This document shows positions 14,810 through 29,010 of a DNA stretch of 64,000 nt, one piece after another. Each line of letters begins with the position of its first letter. The first letter of the stretch is position 1. Position numbers and translations under genes: made by a program. The notes under the pieces are model-generated. The model worked only from the letters and a program-made list of their open reading frames with translations, did no database searches and was not told where the DNA came from. The stretch comes from Octopus vulgaris (taxonomy: Eukaryota), in the NCBI GenBank assembly GCA_951406725.2, contig OX597829.1:9796001-9860000 (forward strand), written 5' to 3'.

Positions 14810-15010
14810 TAGATAGATAGATAGATAGAAGTAGATAGATAGACAGTTAGATAGACTTATGTATATACACGCACACATTTATTTAAACTTTTGCATAATA
14901 GCCTAGAAGAAAAAAAAAACTATTTTCGGGATTAGTATAAAAAGAAATATGTGTATATTTATTATGCACACACACGTGCACACACATACAGACATAAATA
15001 TACATCTGTG

Positions 15011-15069
<59 letters not shown>

Positions 15070-15147
15070 ATTTATATACATATTTATATAGATTCATACA
15101 AATATCCGGCTCTGTCTACATATCTGTGTGTATAATTGTGTGTGTAT

Positions 15148-15312
<165 letters not shown>

Positions 15313-15806
15313 CCGATAGATAGATAGATAGTCATAGACGCACAACACACACAGAACGATTGATAGAAAGCTTGGACAGATGGTGAGACATACAGATTGA
15401 CAGAAAGATACATAGACAAACTTGTAGATAACACATACAAATAGACAGACATAGTGACCTTACAGTTAGATAGACAGACAGACTGATAAATAGATAGATG
15501 GAGAGATAGATAGGCAGATAGATAATATAGCTAATTTCCAAAGACGATGTAACCAAGTGCAAAATATCCTACCAGTTTACACTCCATAACCCACCTTTTT
15601 CTCACCTGTCAGGTGAGAGAGTACAGTCTTTTGTGTCGCGGGCCAAGCACATGGTCGGGTAGGATAGGGGTGCCCACTAAGTGTTGTGGTGGTTTTGTTG
15701 TTGTTCCTGTTGTTGTTGTTGTTTCTTCTTCTTCCACGCGCGCGCGCGCGGATACACACGCACACACAAACTTAACTATCTATATGTTTGCATGCATGTA
15801 TGTATG

Positions 15807-15848
<42 letters not shown>

Positions 15849-15931
15849 CACATACACACATGAATGCATACATACACACATACATGCATATATGCATACG
15901 TATATATATATATATATATATATATATGCAT

Positions 15932-15980
<49 letters not shown>

Positions 15981-16805
15981 ATATATATGTGTATGTATCT
16001 GTATGTATGTATGTATGTATGTATGTATGTATGTATGCGCACACAGTTATTTTAGGCGCCTGTGTGTGTCGGAAATCAACGTAACTCTGGTTTTCAACTA
16101 AGTTCTTGATTTTGTTGCGGTTTAGTAAAGAATTAAAACGCCATTTTCTGTTATAGTCGCTTCAGGTAATTTTGTTGGAGGTGTCATAGAGTGTGTGTGT
16201 GCGTGTGCTGAAAGGCGGGTGGTCGGAAGGGTGTCGTTAGGGTAGGAAAGGTGGATATTCTGACACGGTCGCATGTTTTATGGAATAGGGGTAGCTACGT
16301 TTTAGGTTCCCACCCTTATGTCTAACCTATGTATGTGCTCACTGAGTGCGTGTATGTGTGTAAGTTATATCTCTAAGTGTGATGTCTGTGTGTGCATTCG
16401 TGCAATTTTTAAGGGCAGTCTGGCTGTTGCTAAGGGACAACTGACTTTGAAGATAAATTCATGCGAATACACCCTATTTCTTTCTCACTTCCTCTCTCTC
16501 TTTCTTTCTCTCTACTCTCTCTCTTCCTGTCTGTTTCTCTTTCTCAACACCCAAGAATTCATGGCCTACACGTATGTATTTATCTGTCAATCTATCTTTC
16601 TATACCACTATCTTTCTATCTTAATGTCTTAATATCTACCTATCTACTTGGCTATCTATCCGTCCCTCTCCCCACCAGTCTGTATATCCCTTCCCCTTTC
16701 TACCTTTCTCTCTCTCCCTCTCCCTCTTTATCTAGCTATCTATCTTTCCCCGTGCATGTACGTATACGCAGTTTCTAAAAGCAGCATTAGCATATTAACT
16801 TCAAA

Positions 16806-16850
<45 letters not shown>

Positions 16851-17876
16851 AAAGGAGTGTATAATCGATTACATCGATAACTTTTTATATACACTTATAT
16901 TTATTTTATCAACAATAAGATCAATAAACGCGAAAGACAGATGCAGCGGTATTTGGATTTAGATTTAACAAAAGACACATTCGTATACTGCAAAGTCAGT
17001 TAGACGGGTAAAACTGTTTAGGATTTGTACTCCTCTCTGATGAGCCCCGGCGTTGTTGTCGGCGATGTTAGTATTTCTTGATCTGCTGGTTGAGCAGATC
17101 TGTTCATGATGAAAGGCGCTCCATCCACAACCAACTCGTTTTTTTTCTTCTAACACAGTGTACTGAGGAGCACCACTATCTAATATTCTGTTGGTACTGT
17201 ATTATTTTTGTTATGCAATTTGTTGGAGATAAATAGTATGGTCATGGTTAGAATGACCTTGATAATATTTACTGCCTAGAAAAAGTATCAATAACGGCAT
17301 CAACGGGAATGTATAACAAATTGTGTGAGGTACTTCTAGTTTTACTATGTCTGACAAAAGACGAGAATGCCTACGAATATGCCTTTCCTCATGAGTCTGT
17401 CGAATCAAAGCTGACAACAAAATCATAAACAACAACTACAGCAACAACATATCAGTAACAGTAAATATGTGTTCTAAATGCACTTACGAGATCCGAAATT
17501 TGCCAATTCTATTTGAATTTAATTCGAAGTTGAAATTATTGGAAGGTAGAGAAAAAAAAAATGATATATTTGAAAGAGAAAAATGTTCTTCTAAAAATAC
17601 GAGATCCTCACAAATCTATTGCTTTTGATCGATGAAGAACAATAATATCGAACCCAAGAAGAAGATTCTTCGCATTCATGTGACCTACTTGATATGGCAA
17701 CTAAATCTTTCCGAAATTCCCTCTCTTCAGTTATCTTAGAGAAAAATGCACTCCATAATATTGTCGCTGATATTACAAGCCTGAAAAAAAAAAAATAATA
17801 TATATATATATGATGGTCCTGTTTGGGAGGATATCGTAGCCTCCAGACAAATGTTCAGCATCATGGTATTTTAATT

Positions 17877-18097
17877 CGGCGAACTGGCAGAAACGTTAGC
17901 ACGCCGGGCGAAATGCTTAGCAGTATTTCGTCTGTCACTACGTTCTGAGTTTAAATTCCGCCGAGGTCGACTTTGCTTTTCATCATTTCGGGGTCGATTA
18001 CGCACTGGGGTCAATATAATCGACTTAATCCGTTTGTCTGTCCTTGTTTGTCCTCTCTGTGTTTAGCCCCTTGTGGGTAGTAAAGAAATAGGTATTT
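17877..18097 (+). mobile_element. SINE family 2
   Basis: cggcgaactggcagaaacgttagcacgccgggcgaaatgcttagc...ccgccgaggtcgactttgc. Confidence 0.8.
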
Positions 18098-18173
18098 TAA
18101 TTCGTACAGAAACAGGCATTTTTATCTACACGATTGATATTAAATATGTATATGTGCATATCTCTCTCTCTCG

Positions 18174-18209
<36 letters not shown>

Positions 18210-18216
18210 ATGTCTG

Positions 18217-18327
<111 letters not shown>

Positions 18328-18432
18328 GTCTGTCTATCTATATACACACACAAACACTCACTCACACACACTCACTCACTCACACACACACACATATACA
18401 CACATAACGTAACCTTCCATATTATTATCAAT

Positions 18433-18942
18433 GAGTAAGAGAGCAACACATGCCATGAAAATGACGCTGGTGTACAAATACACGAAGTTCGTTACACCCA
18501 TCATAATTCCCGGCTGATAAGAGTGCACCTGGTTCATGCATCACATGGTGACAGCGTATCAAGATAAATAGTGCACAACTCTGTAAGTAGGTTCCAGTTA
18601 GTGTTTTCTTCAAGTCGAGTAGCCAATCCTGCTCAAAAGGTCTCTGAATAAGGTTTGGTTAAGGATGATGACCAAAACACCCATGTTTCTTGAGGTGAAT
18701 TATTCAAATCCTCCAAATTCCTCTTAATATACGGGTACTTCTGCTCATGATCAGAGATGCACATATCGTCAGCCACTAAGGGACATGCTCATCTGGTAAA
18801 GGTCAAACAACTGACAAGCAAATCTATTGAGCAGAATATTTGCTGTAGCCCATCTTTTATACCAAGACAAAACAATGTACATGATAACACTTCTAATCAG
18901 TTAAGATCAGAAGCCATCAGATGCTACCTGGTTCTGCATCAG
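18433..18942 (-). mobile_element. (TAA)n-tailed non-coding retroposon, older copy
   Basis: Shares cagagatgcacatatcgtcagccactaagggacatgctca and the rest of the body with the 58-59 kb copies, but more diverged. Confidence 0.75.
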
Positions 18943-19021
18943 ATAAACTATCATCATCATCATCATCATCATCGTCATCGTCATCGTCGTGTCATTATCA
19001 TCGTCATGATTATTTTTCTTT

Positions 19022-19220
19022 TCTACTCTAGGCACAAGGCCCGAAATTTTGGGGGAACGGCGTCAGTCGATTAGATAGACCCCAGTACGTAACTGGTACT
19101 TAATTTATCGACCCCGAAAGGATGAAAGGCAAAGCGGGCCTCGGCGGAATTTGAACTCAGAACATAAAACCAGGAGAAAGCAATTTACCCGGCGTGCTAA
19201 TGACTCTGCTTGCTCACTGC
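19022..19220 (-). mobile_element. SINE family 2
   Basis: Reverse complement of the same family (ctcggcggaatttgaactcagaac). Confidence 0.75.
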
Positions 19221-19462
19221 GTTGGGTAGGATTATTGTAATTAAGTGGTCGAGGTGCCAGAATCGGTTAAGAAGCAGGGAAAATGCTTCCTAGTATATAG
19301 GTTCCTAATCTTTACAAGACTTGCTACTAGAGAAAAATTTTTGCCGTTAGAATACTCACGATTAGTATTCGTTAAAAGTAAGTTAGGAAATATAGCCACA
19401 GGCATGGATACATTACAGAATGAAATCCCTGTTGCAAACACACGCATGCATGTGTGTATATG

Positions 19463-19535
<73 letters not shown>

Positions 19536-19546
19536 CGCGTGTATAT

Positions 19547-19593
<47 letters not shown>

Positions 19594-20779
19594 CATATAT
19601 ATATATATAAATTAAATTAGAGATGAAACCACTATTAGGCAAATCAAACAATGAAAAACATAAACCAAAACATAAAAATTTAAATAATTAATATAATATA
19701 CAAAATATATAAAATATCAAATTTAAAAATTTAAATTATTTAAATTTAAAATTAAAATTATTAATTTGTATTTATAATTTTAAAAAAAATATATATAACT
19801 ATCAAAAAGTATTAAAAAGTTTAATATATATACATTCATATGTATATACATATATACACATGCATAAATTGAAATATACATACATTCAAACACATACACG
19901 CTTACATATATACATTCATACATACATGCATACATACAAGAAACGGGAATCTCACATCTGGAAGTCTGCACCTTTGATAACAAGTCTGATCAATCAGTGG
20001 TGAGCTGGTGCCCAAACAACGCAACGCATAGCATAAAGAAAAGAAAGGAACAAAGAAAACCAATGACATAATGATATTAAGACAATAATAGCAATAATAA
20101 CAACTATAATTACAAGAACAGAGGTGAGAGAGAGAGAGAGAGAGAGAGAGGGAGGAAAAAAGGGATCCCCACGACAACGTCTCGACAACAGCTGCAGAGA
20201 AAACAGTGGCACGTGATACGATGAGCAACAATTGCTGCAATGAGTTTTACAGAAAGAAAAAAAAAAGAGAAAGGAGCATTGCCAAAGATGACGCCACCGC
20301 CACCATCACCAGGAACAACAACAAAAAGAACTACAGCAACAACAACAAAAAACAACAACAATAACAAAAAAGAGTGGTGACGCCTTCAGAAAAGTAACTT
20401 GTATGCTTTTGAGGTGTTCAAAGATAGAAAGTAATAGTAATTTGGAGTTTATGCACTAACGTGTATGCATGTTTGTATGTGTGCATGTATGTATATATGC
20501 ATGTATGTATGTATGCATGTATGTATGCATGTATGTGTGTGTATGTATGTTTGTATGTATGTATGTGTGTATGTATTTATGTGTGTATGTATGTATGTGT
20601 GTGTATGTATGTATGTATGCATGTTTGTATGTATGTATGTATATATATATGTACGTGCGTATGTATGTATGTATGTGTGTATGTATGCATGCATACATAT
20701 CTGCCTGTATGTATGTATGTATATGTGTGTGTGTGTGTGTGTATGGATAAATACATATATACATACACAAACATGTATG

Positions 20780-20840
<61 letters not shown>

Positions 20841-20889
20841 GCATAAATATACATAGGCATACAGGCAGATAGACAGACAGATGGATAGA

Positions 20890-20929
<40 letters not shown>

Positions 20930-20944
20930 TAGATAGATAGATAT

Positions 20945-21529
20945 AATAAAAGGGTAAATAAATTTTTCGATGGTTTTTCAGACAACCAACAAGTATTTAC
21001 CGGTAGATTTCGGTATGTAAATATGACTTTTAGCGTCGGGAACTTCTGTAGAGTTCAGTATATACAGTATATAAGTAAAAGGGCAGGCAACAGGTTGCTC
21101 TGCCGCATACACAAACAATTAGAAATGGCAGTCAGAGACTGTTTATTTCCATTTTCTACAAGTGGGGGCTCCATATACGACATAACCCTGCGATTCACAT
21201 ACGCAAAATCGGAGTAGTAAATAAACGAAAACAATCCCCTACCGTTAATGGTGAACATGTTTCTAGATCGTAGGCGAGAAATTGCCTAAAGTCTTTCTTC
21301 AGCACCATCTTCGTTAAATTTATCAAATGCCACCAGCCTCCACCTTTGACCAGGCGTCATCAAATAGTGGTGGGGAAAGTGAGCATTAACGGTAAGGGAT
21401 TGTTTTCGTTTATTTACTACTCCGATTTTGCGTATGTGAATCGCAGGGTTATGTCGTATATGGAGACCCCACTTCTAATTCTTTCGGTATGCGGCAGAGC
21501 AACCTGTTGCCTGCCCTGTTACTTATATA
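20945..21529 (-). mobile_element. Penelope-like foldback insert: arms 21068-21250 / 21384-21529, hammerhead in spacer, tail 20945-21067
   Basis: Imperfect inverted arms (left arm carries a ~36-bp extra segment), flanked by TA/GATA tracts. Tail resembles that of the 29601-30243 element. Confidence 0.75.
21248..21308 (-). ncRNA. Type-I hammerhead ribozyme fold with extended stem II
   Basis: Minus strand: AUGGUG-CUGAAGA-A-AGA..UAGGC[AAUUUCUC]GCCUA..UCU-A-GAAA-CAUG-UU|CACCAU; 6-bp stem I, palindromic ACAUGU stem III. Confidence 0.75.
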
Positions 21530-21537
21530 GATAGATT

Positions 21538-21572
<35 letters not shown>

Positions 21573-21589
21573 GATAGATAGATAGATAA

Positions 21590-21656
<67 letters not shown>

Positions 21657-21672
21657 GGTCCCGGGTTGATTC

Positions 21673-21796
<124 letters not shown>

Positions 21797-22127
21797 GATA
21801 GATAGATTAGTATAAGGAATCGTCAGCAATAGTGAATAATAGGTTTAATTGCTTAATGATATATTATTTAATCTGTGCCCATTCAAATCCAAGTTCAAAT
21901 CTTGTCAACATCTATCTTGCTTATCAGTCACTTCGGGCATTGGGAAGTGAGGAGGGAGAATAGGGGTGGAGAGAATAAAATAAGTATTGGTGTTATTATG
22001 GCGGTCATTTCAAGTAACTAAAACCACGCCTATATACATTTATATATGACCTTGTCACGCATCTACTTTCACCACTGTTGCTCTCGTATATGCTTGCTCG
22101 CACAATACATATTACACACACACACAT

Positions 22128-22179
<52 letters not shown>

Positions 22180-22821
22180 TTACGAATATTGATAGCTTTG
22201 ATTATATGTTCATTCGAGTACGTATACGCAACATGTACTTGCTTTTAAAGTTTCTCCCTTCCCCCTTCACTATATACGTGTGCGTGTGTGTGTATATGTG
22301 TGTGTTTGTATATGTATATCTGTGTGCAAATAAAAGACGCATTGAGTCGAAACCGGGGCAGCTGAAGAAGGGGAATATTCCTTGTGTTGTTTGTCTTGTA
22401 CTCTGTTTTTTCGTTGTTAAAAAATGTCCGTTTCTTTGTTTTGTTTTATGTTTTCGTTTCTCGTTGTGTACCAATTTATGCATGTATATATACATATAGA
22501 TGTAGCTATGTACATATATGAATGTATGTATGTATATTTTTTATTTATTAAATTGTTATATATATATATATTATACGTCGTGCATATTTCTTTCTATTTT
22601 GTTGATGCGTTCGTAACCCCTCCTCCACTTGAAACCTGTGTTGGTTTGTTTACGTCCCCATAAATTAGTAGGTCGGTAAAAGTTCCGGTAGAATAAGAAA
22701 CGAGCTTAAAGGTTTAAGAAAGTGTGTGTGTGAGTGTGCATTTAAGCATGTATATGTGTGTGTATGTATATATATATATATATATATTATACGTCGTGCA
22801 TATTTCTTTCTCTTTTTACAG

Positions 22822-22993
22822 TAGAAAACACACCCCTCATCAAATGTCCAACGTGTCCTGATGTCTTTGATACATACACAACTCTCCAGAGACACATTTT
22901 AATTTCCGGTTGTGGCCGAACATTGCCGATGACTGACGAAGTGTACCATGCACGGGACACTGAATGCGATAAAATTGAAAACGAGGCCAAAAG
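22822..22993 (+). CDS. PRDM16/MECOM: PRDM3/16-like coding exon with first (C2HC) zinc finger
   Basis: Polypyrimidine tract + CAG acceptor (tttttacag|, 22821) and AAG|gtacta donor. Encodes ENTPLIKCPTCPDVFDTYTTLQRHILISGC...ENEAK, resembling the C2HC first finger of EVI1/PRDM16. Its phase-2 end joins the next exon in frame (AG+A = Arg). Confidence 0.7.
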
Positions 22994-23365
22994 GTACTAA
23001 GAAAATTTACTTATAATTTTTTTTTTGTATTCACACTCACACGCACACATACATTTTTTACATACATAGACAAAGACACATCCACACACACACACACATA
23101 CACACGAACACAAACACAAATACAAGCACATGGTAACACACAAACGCATTATTTCGTTGCGCATTTAGAATGGGACGTTAAATTTATCCAAGCCAAGCCA
23201 TTTGCAACATAAAGTTACAATAAAGTTGCTTATGTGGTCCTATGTTGCACATACACAAGTGTGTGTGTGTGTGTATATAATGTGTATGTGTGTGTGAGAG
23301 AGAGAGAGAGATAGATGGAAATATGGCTGACTGGCTCAATGAATATATTAGTGTTTGCGCACACA

Positions 23366-23472
<107 letters not shown>

Positions 23473-23493
23473 GTCTCTCTGTCTCATATATAG

Positions 23494-23524
<31 letters not shown>

Positions 23525-24243
23525 CAATACCATTCAAAAAGTTCGTGAAAAACAACACAAAGTGTGTTGCATCAAACAATAACTTGATAGTAACAAAACA
23601 ACACAAACACGCTCTTATCTATAACAAGACGATAGTATTTGAACTTACTAACAAGTTACTGTATCGTTTATAAACTCAGTTATAAAGGTGAAAATTGTAG
23701 CTTTCACAACTCCAATAGTTTTACTGACCATATACATGTACGAATCTTTCTAGCCAGCTTAATATGCATTTAATGCATTGACAATATGAAGCAATTTGAA
23801 TGCGAAACAGAGCATAAAACGAAACAACAGCAAGAGGTAATATCTATTAACACTTAAACGTGGATGTTTTGTTTACAAACTTTGCTGCGGTCAATACCAT
23901 GATAGAAACTATCATATAGGCCTTTTGTACAAAATGGACTCCAGTTTATATCGCTAGTAGAGACATAGACCCCATTAATTCCAGCGCCATGACCACCAGA
24001 TCACGTGATTTTGACCTTACTTGGTCTCAATAGTGATGGACGTTCGACTGCTAAAGATAGCAACGACTCGTCTCCCCACCTATATGAGAATTTCTCTCAG
24101 AGTATCTACCGCAGTAAAGCTTGTTCTAACATAACATCCACCGATTAAGTGGGAATGAATATTACCTCTCGTTATGGATACTACTTCTGTCGCTATAATA
24201 TATATATATATATGTTATAGCTATATAGCCATATACTTTAGAG

Positions 24244-24728
24244 CAGGTGTGAGGAAACCCTCGCCCGCGAGCATATTTTATTGCGCCTTGCAGGCCTGTA
24301 TACTCGTATGTACAAAATATAGTAAATTTATCAATTATAAAATGTATACAATATTCGTTTCCACTATGGCTTAAAACAGTCATACTCAAACAGAAAATCG
24401 TCCGGTAATTGCCATTTGAAAGGAAATTTTGTTTTCACTATAAAATACATATTATTAGGTTTGTATCACCCCTCTGAGATCCAACTACACACTAGCTGAA
24501 AAATATAGAATACCTCATAAGTAATAAAAACATTCTAAATTCTATGGCGGCGTTACTGAAAATGTTACGCGCTAATATAATGTCTTAAACTTATCTTTAT
24601 TAATGTATACCGAATTATACATAGATATATACAAGATTTACACGGACAAAAGAAAATTTGTGATCTGCCCGTAGACCTTTTTCTTTGGAAATTTTTGCCC
24701 GCCGCTCTAAAAAGTTTCCCCACCCTTG
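24244..24728. mobile_element. hAT (Buster/Charlie-type) MITE, 485 bp
   Basis: Imperfect TIRs CAGGTGTGAGGAAAC / GTTTCCCCACCCTTG; perfect 8-bp TSD CTTTAGAG (24236-24243, 24729-24736) with central TA. Confidence 0.85.
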
Positions 24729-24930
24729 CTTTAGAGAATATGCCACAGTAGGCTATAGACGACTACTGATGGAAACAAAAATGAGATGAGTGATATCCAG
24801 AAGTATTAGATCAAGGACGCTCCAATATTGACCATCCGTTTTATTGTTTCCTTGTTTTTTTTTTTGGGGGGGGGTCTTTTTTATATATATTTAAGACAAC
24901 ATTGTCCTGTGTATTCTTTTTGAGTAACAC

Positions 24931-24998
<68 letters not shown>

Positions 24999-26097
24999 GC
25001 GAGATTTGAGGGAAATTTTGCAGCTGTTACTAGTAGTTCGAAAGAACATGTAAATTTAGTGCTGCTCTCTCGTTGTTATGCATGCTTTCTTTAGGTTCAT
25101 TAGTGTTTTTACTTTGGTTTAGCTAGCATGGACAAGGTCATGCTGGAGGCCTACATTTTAATTTAAAAACTACCTATGACATGTATGTCCTCTTGTATGC
25201 TTGTAAATTTCTACTTAACTACTTGGCAATTAGTCTTTAAGTGTTGTTAATTACTTCGATGCAGTTCGTCTTAAATTTGAACATATATCTATAAAGCGAT
25301 GTCTCAGCATGGCTGCAGTCCAATAACTAAACCAGTGAAAGGATATGGAGAGGAAGAGTATTAACTAATATAATTACAGTGATTCAAAATATCATAGCTG
25401 TTCCATACTAAAATAGATTGTATGTAAATACAAAAACACAAGTACAGACAAGAAAACTTTGTGGACTATCACTAACAGTTCCATTCTGCAGTCGTCCTCT
25501 ATTTCACGTATGTTTTTGGCAGAATAGAGGCTGACATTCGTTAGTGACAAGCTGTAAGTTGTCCAGTCAAGTCATCTTTAATCTAACAGTCCATTCCATA
25601 TCTCAATTAGCGACTTTTGTAGTGGCCACAGTGCAATAAGTGTTCTCTTCCTGTACTTTTACAATCAGTCACAAATCTATTACATCCCACTTGCAATCCA
25701 GTTAACATTCAGGCGATATCAACAGACTAAATGTCACGCCATCTCGTTCCTCACTCCCTCCTTCCCTCTCACCGCCAACGCCGCTGGTGCCACCGTTAAC
25801 TCCACCACCACCACCACCACCACCATCACTAATATCACTTTCTCTTCAGCTCTGGTTTCTTTGTTTAAAGTTCCTCGTTAAAGTATCTTCTTAAGTCAGT
25901 AGAGAACTTACCTATAAAGGCAAATATACCAATATCATCGAGTCAATACAGGCACCAACAAGTAACCGTTTAGTTAGCTTGAAACATCTGCCAAATCTCT
26001 TTAAAATTACAAAATATTGTCTCAGATAAAAAGGTTAAACAATGGATAATGAATTTAGTTACTCCCATATATCACACATTCGTACACAAACACAAAG

Positions 26098-26131
<34 letters not shown>

Positions 26132-26736
26132 GCAAACACACACAAGCAAACACACAACCTTATTTCTATACATGGGTATGCATAACATACTAGAGAGCGT
26201 CCACATCTTTGGTATGACCTATCTTTCATCTGATTGTATGTGTGCGTGTGCGTGTTTGTGAGTGTGTATGTGTGTGTGCGCGCATGCATACGAGTGAGAG
26301 TGAGTGAGTGCGTGTGTGTGTACATACATGTATATATATATATATATATATGAAAAGACAGGTACCTGCTCGATCAGGGCTAATTTAGTGTTAAACAACT
26401 AGAACAAGAATGAAAATAGGAACAACAATTAACCAATATTGATCTAGGTCTAACATTCATATTTACATCCTCAAAAGTAGGACACATCGTTTTCAGTTCT
26501 GTTCTTTCTTTTTTTCCTTTTCTAAATAATTAACATTTTCTTCCCCCTCTGCAGCAAGTTTCTGTTAACTACGATTTTATAGTACCAACGAATGAGCTTG
26601 GCGTCAGAATTGGCACAACTGACATACAAACATTTAGTTCTGAAGTCAAATCGCCACCAATTGGTTGACTACATAATTTTTTACCATTGTATTACATACT
26701 ATCTAGACAAACAGTTTCATTACATACTATCTAGAC

Positions 26737-26955
26737 CAGTGGTTTTCAACCAGAGTTCCGTGGAACCTTAAGGTTCTGCCAGTACAGTGCAGGGGTTCCG
26801 CAAGAATTTACAAAACTGCTAAAATCGGCAGTAATTTTTAAGTCTCTTGTGCAGATATGTGTTCATAAGACTATTAAATTATTGCACAGGGGTTTCTCGA
26901 GCCAGTAGAATGTTTCCTTGGGGTTCCGCTCCAGCAAAAAGTTTGAAAAGCACTG
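26737..26955. mobile_element. hAT (Buster/Charlie-type) MITE, 219 bp
   Basis: TIRs CAGTGGTTTTCAA / TTGAAAAGCACTG; perfect 8-bp TSD ATCTAGAC (26729-26736, 26956-26963). Confidence 0.88.
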
Positions 26956-28315
26956 ATCTAGACAAACTGTTTCAAAGACTCTTCTGCAGCAAATGCAGAT
27001 GGATAGATTACCAAATATGCAATACATTTAACCATGCAGTGAAGCAATAGACGACCTCCCGACAAACTGGAACGACCTCATAATTTTTATTTCACTTGAA
27101 TCTATTTCACTTTTTTAAATTTGCGTTAGTCAGTTGCCAATTTATCTTTCCTACAATGTAAGGACATTTTATAACTCCATCATTAAGCTATTTAACGAAT
27201 TATGCATATTTGTTGATTTTTTTTCTCCGTTTCTTTTTATTTTATTTTCTAAACTTAAATCGTAAATATTAATGGGAAATGCATGAAGATTAGAAAACTC
27301 TGTCTAAACCTTTTTTATAAATCTACCCATAACGTTTTAGAGATGTAATATCACTACCACCTAGACTAGGAGTAACTCCCACCTTGCTCAAGCTTTGTAT
27401 ATTCTTCTCACACCGCAGGCGTTCAAAGAGTAGCTATTTTCTTATGTTCAATGTCTAAATATAACATTCTTTTTCCCCCAGACAATAAATAACAGCAAAA
27501 TTTTAGGAGAAGAAATAAATGGGATACTATGACTGCTGCTCTGAAGGCAGTGGTGGGTGGCACGGCTGGAGTGAATTGGCATCAACTAAATTATATTGAT
27601 CATATTGATGTTGTTATCGCTGCTGTTTAGTTTTAGACTGTCCTTTATTGAGCAAGGATATTTCTCTTATTACCGTCCCGTATTTTTCCTTAAAATATCA
27701 AAAACCACATTGTTTAATGTTCCTTTGCTTCGCAATTCTTTTTAAAGAAAAAGAGGGGTGGTATTAATTTTAAGAAGATTTGACTATTAGATCTAGCAGG
27801 GTAAGTGACCACATAGATGTTCACACATTGGGTCTTATTGATTTTCTCCATTGACACAGACCTATGGGGTAGACGTACAATTAATTCTAGCGATTTCTGT
27901 GACTGGTGATTATTTGATCAAAACTCAAGAAATGAAAGGCAAAGTTACATCAAAGTTTAAAGATCTTTCATCAGACTTCCAGAGCCAAAGGACACAACAC
28001 TGCTTTTATCTCTCTGTCCACCCCTCTCTCTCTTTCTTTCTCTCTCCCTCCCTCTCCCTCTCTCTCTCTCTCTTCATGATAGTGTCTGACGTATCAAGAA
28101 AATCTTCCAGCAACTTAAACATGCTGATAGTTTCCGTATAAAATATATTTGCTGATGAAACCCTCCACGGGCTTCTGTTTATTTTTACTTGTTAATCGAG
28201 ATATATTTTGAGTTCAAAATACCCCCAAAATATTTAGAACGGTACTAAAATGTGATTGTCGAACAATCTTATAACAATTATTGTTTTCTAGAATACTTAT
28301 TTATTTATTTAACAG

Positions 28316-28385
28316 AGAGCCAATCAACAAGTGCCATCTCTGCAGTGAGACTTTCGACTGGAGATCTGATTTGGTACGACATCAG
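28316..28385 (+). CDS. PRDM16/MECOM: PRDM3/16-like 70-nt coding exon (N-terminal half of a C2H2 finger); not in the ORF track
   Basis: ttatttaacag| acceptor and CAG|gtgagc donor. Encodes EPINKCHLCSETFDWRSDLVRHQ, matching EVI1 KCDQCPKAFNWKSNLIRHQ. The finger is completed by ALIH at the start of the next exon (phase 0). Confidence 0.88.
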
Positions 28386-28705
28386 GTGAGCATTTAAATT
28401 TTTTTTTCCTCAGAATTTGTTTCTAGACCTAGGTCCAAGTCTCTTTTATCAAGGCGTAAGACATACTATCTAAGGTGTTTCATAATGCCTTCGGTTCTAA
28501 AGATCGGTCACTTTTTGTAATAAGTTCTGACTACGTAATTTTGAATCTAGCTTCTCTTATTTTTCAAATTTTCACTTGCATTTACTGTTTATTCTCGTTT
28601 AATAGTTTACAGTCCTTGAAAATTTTTTTACAATTCTTAGTACTGTGCGCTAAGTACTAATATTTCAACGAAAAACAGAACTCAGTACATTATGATATTG
28701 TATGC

Positions 28706-28744
<39 letters not shown>

Positions 28745-28750
<6 letters not shown>

Positions 28751-28937
28751 ATAGAAGGAGTTCTACAGGACTAGAACTGTTTCATTCAAAAGAAATCATC
28801 AGGAAGCTTCCTGATGATTTCTTTTGAATGAAACAGTTCTAGTCCTGTAGAAGCTCCTTCTATAAAATAAATTAATTTACTCTGCTATGTATTGAGTACC
28901 TTATTTACTGTGGTTAACCCCGACTCAACCCGGGACC

Positions 28938-28940
<3 letters not shown>
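28745..28940 (+). mobile_element. Small Penelope-like foldback: spacerless ~62-bp arms plus 70-bp tail
   Basis: Palindrome centred on AAG|CTT (28806/28807). CTGATGA..TTC[TTTT]GAA..GAAAC hammerhead-like core at 28811-28838 lacks a matching stem I. (TA)n flanks. Confidence 0.7.

Positions 28941-29009
<69 letters not shown>

Positions 29010-29010
<1 letters not shown>

Noticed and set aside
28152-28180. CTGATGA followed by a small hairpin (also at ~17037)
   Set aside because: No downstream GAAA/UH or closing stem; chance match.
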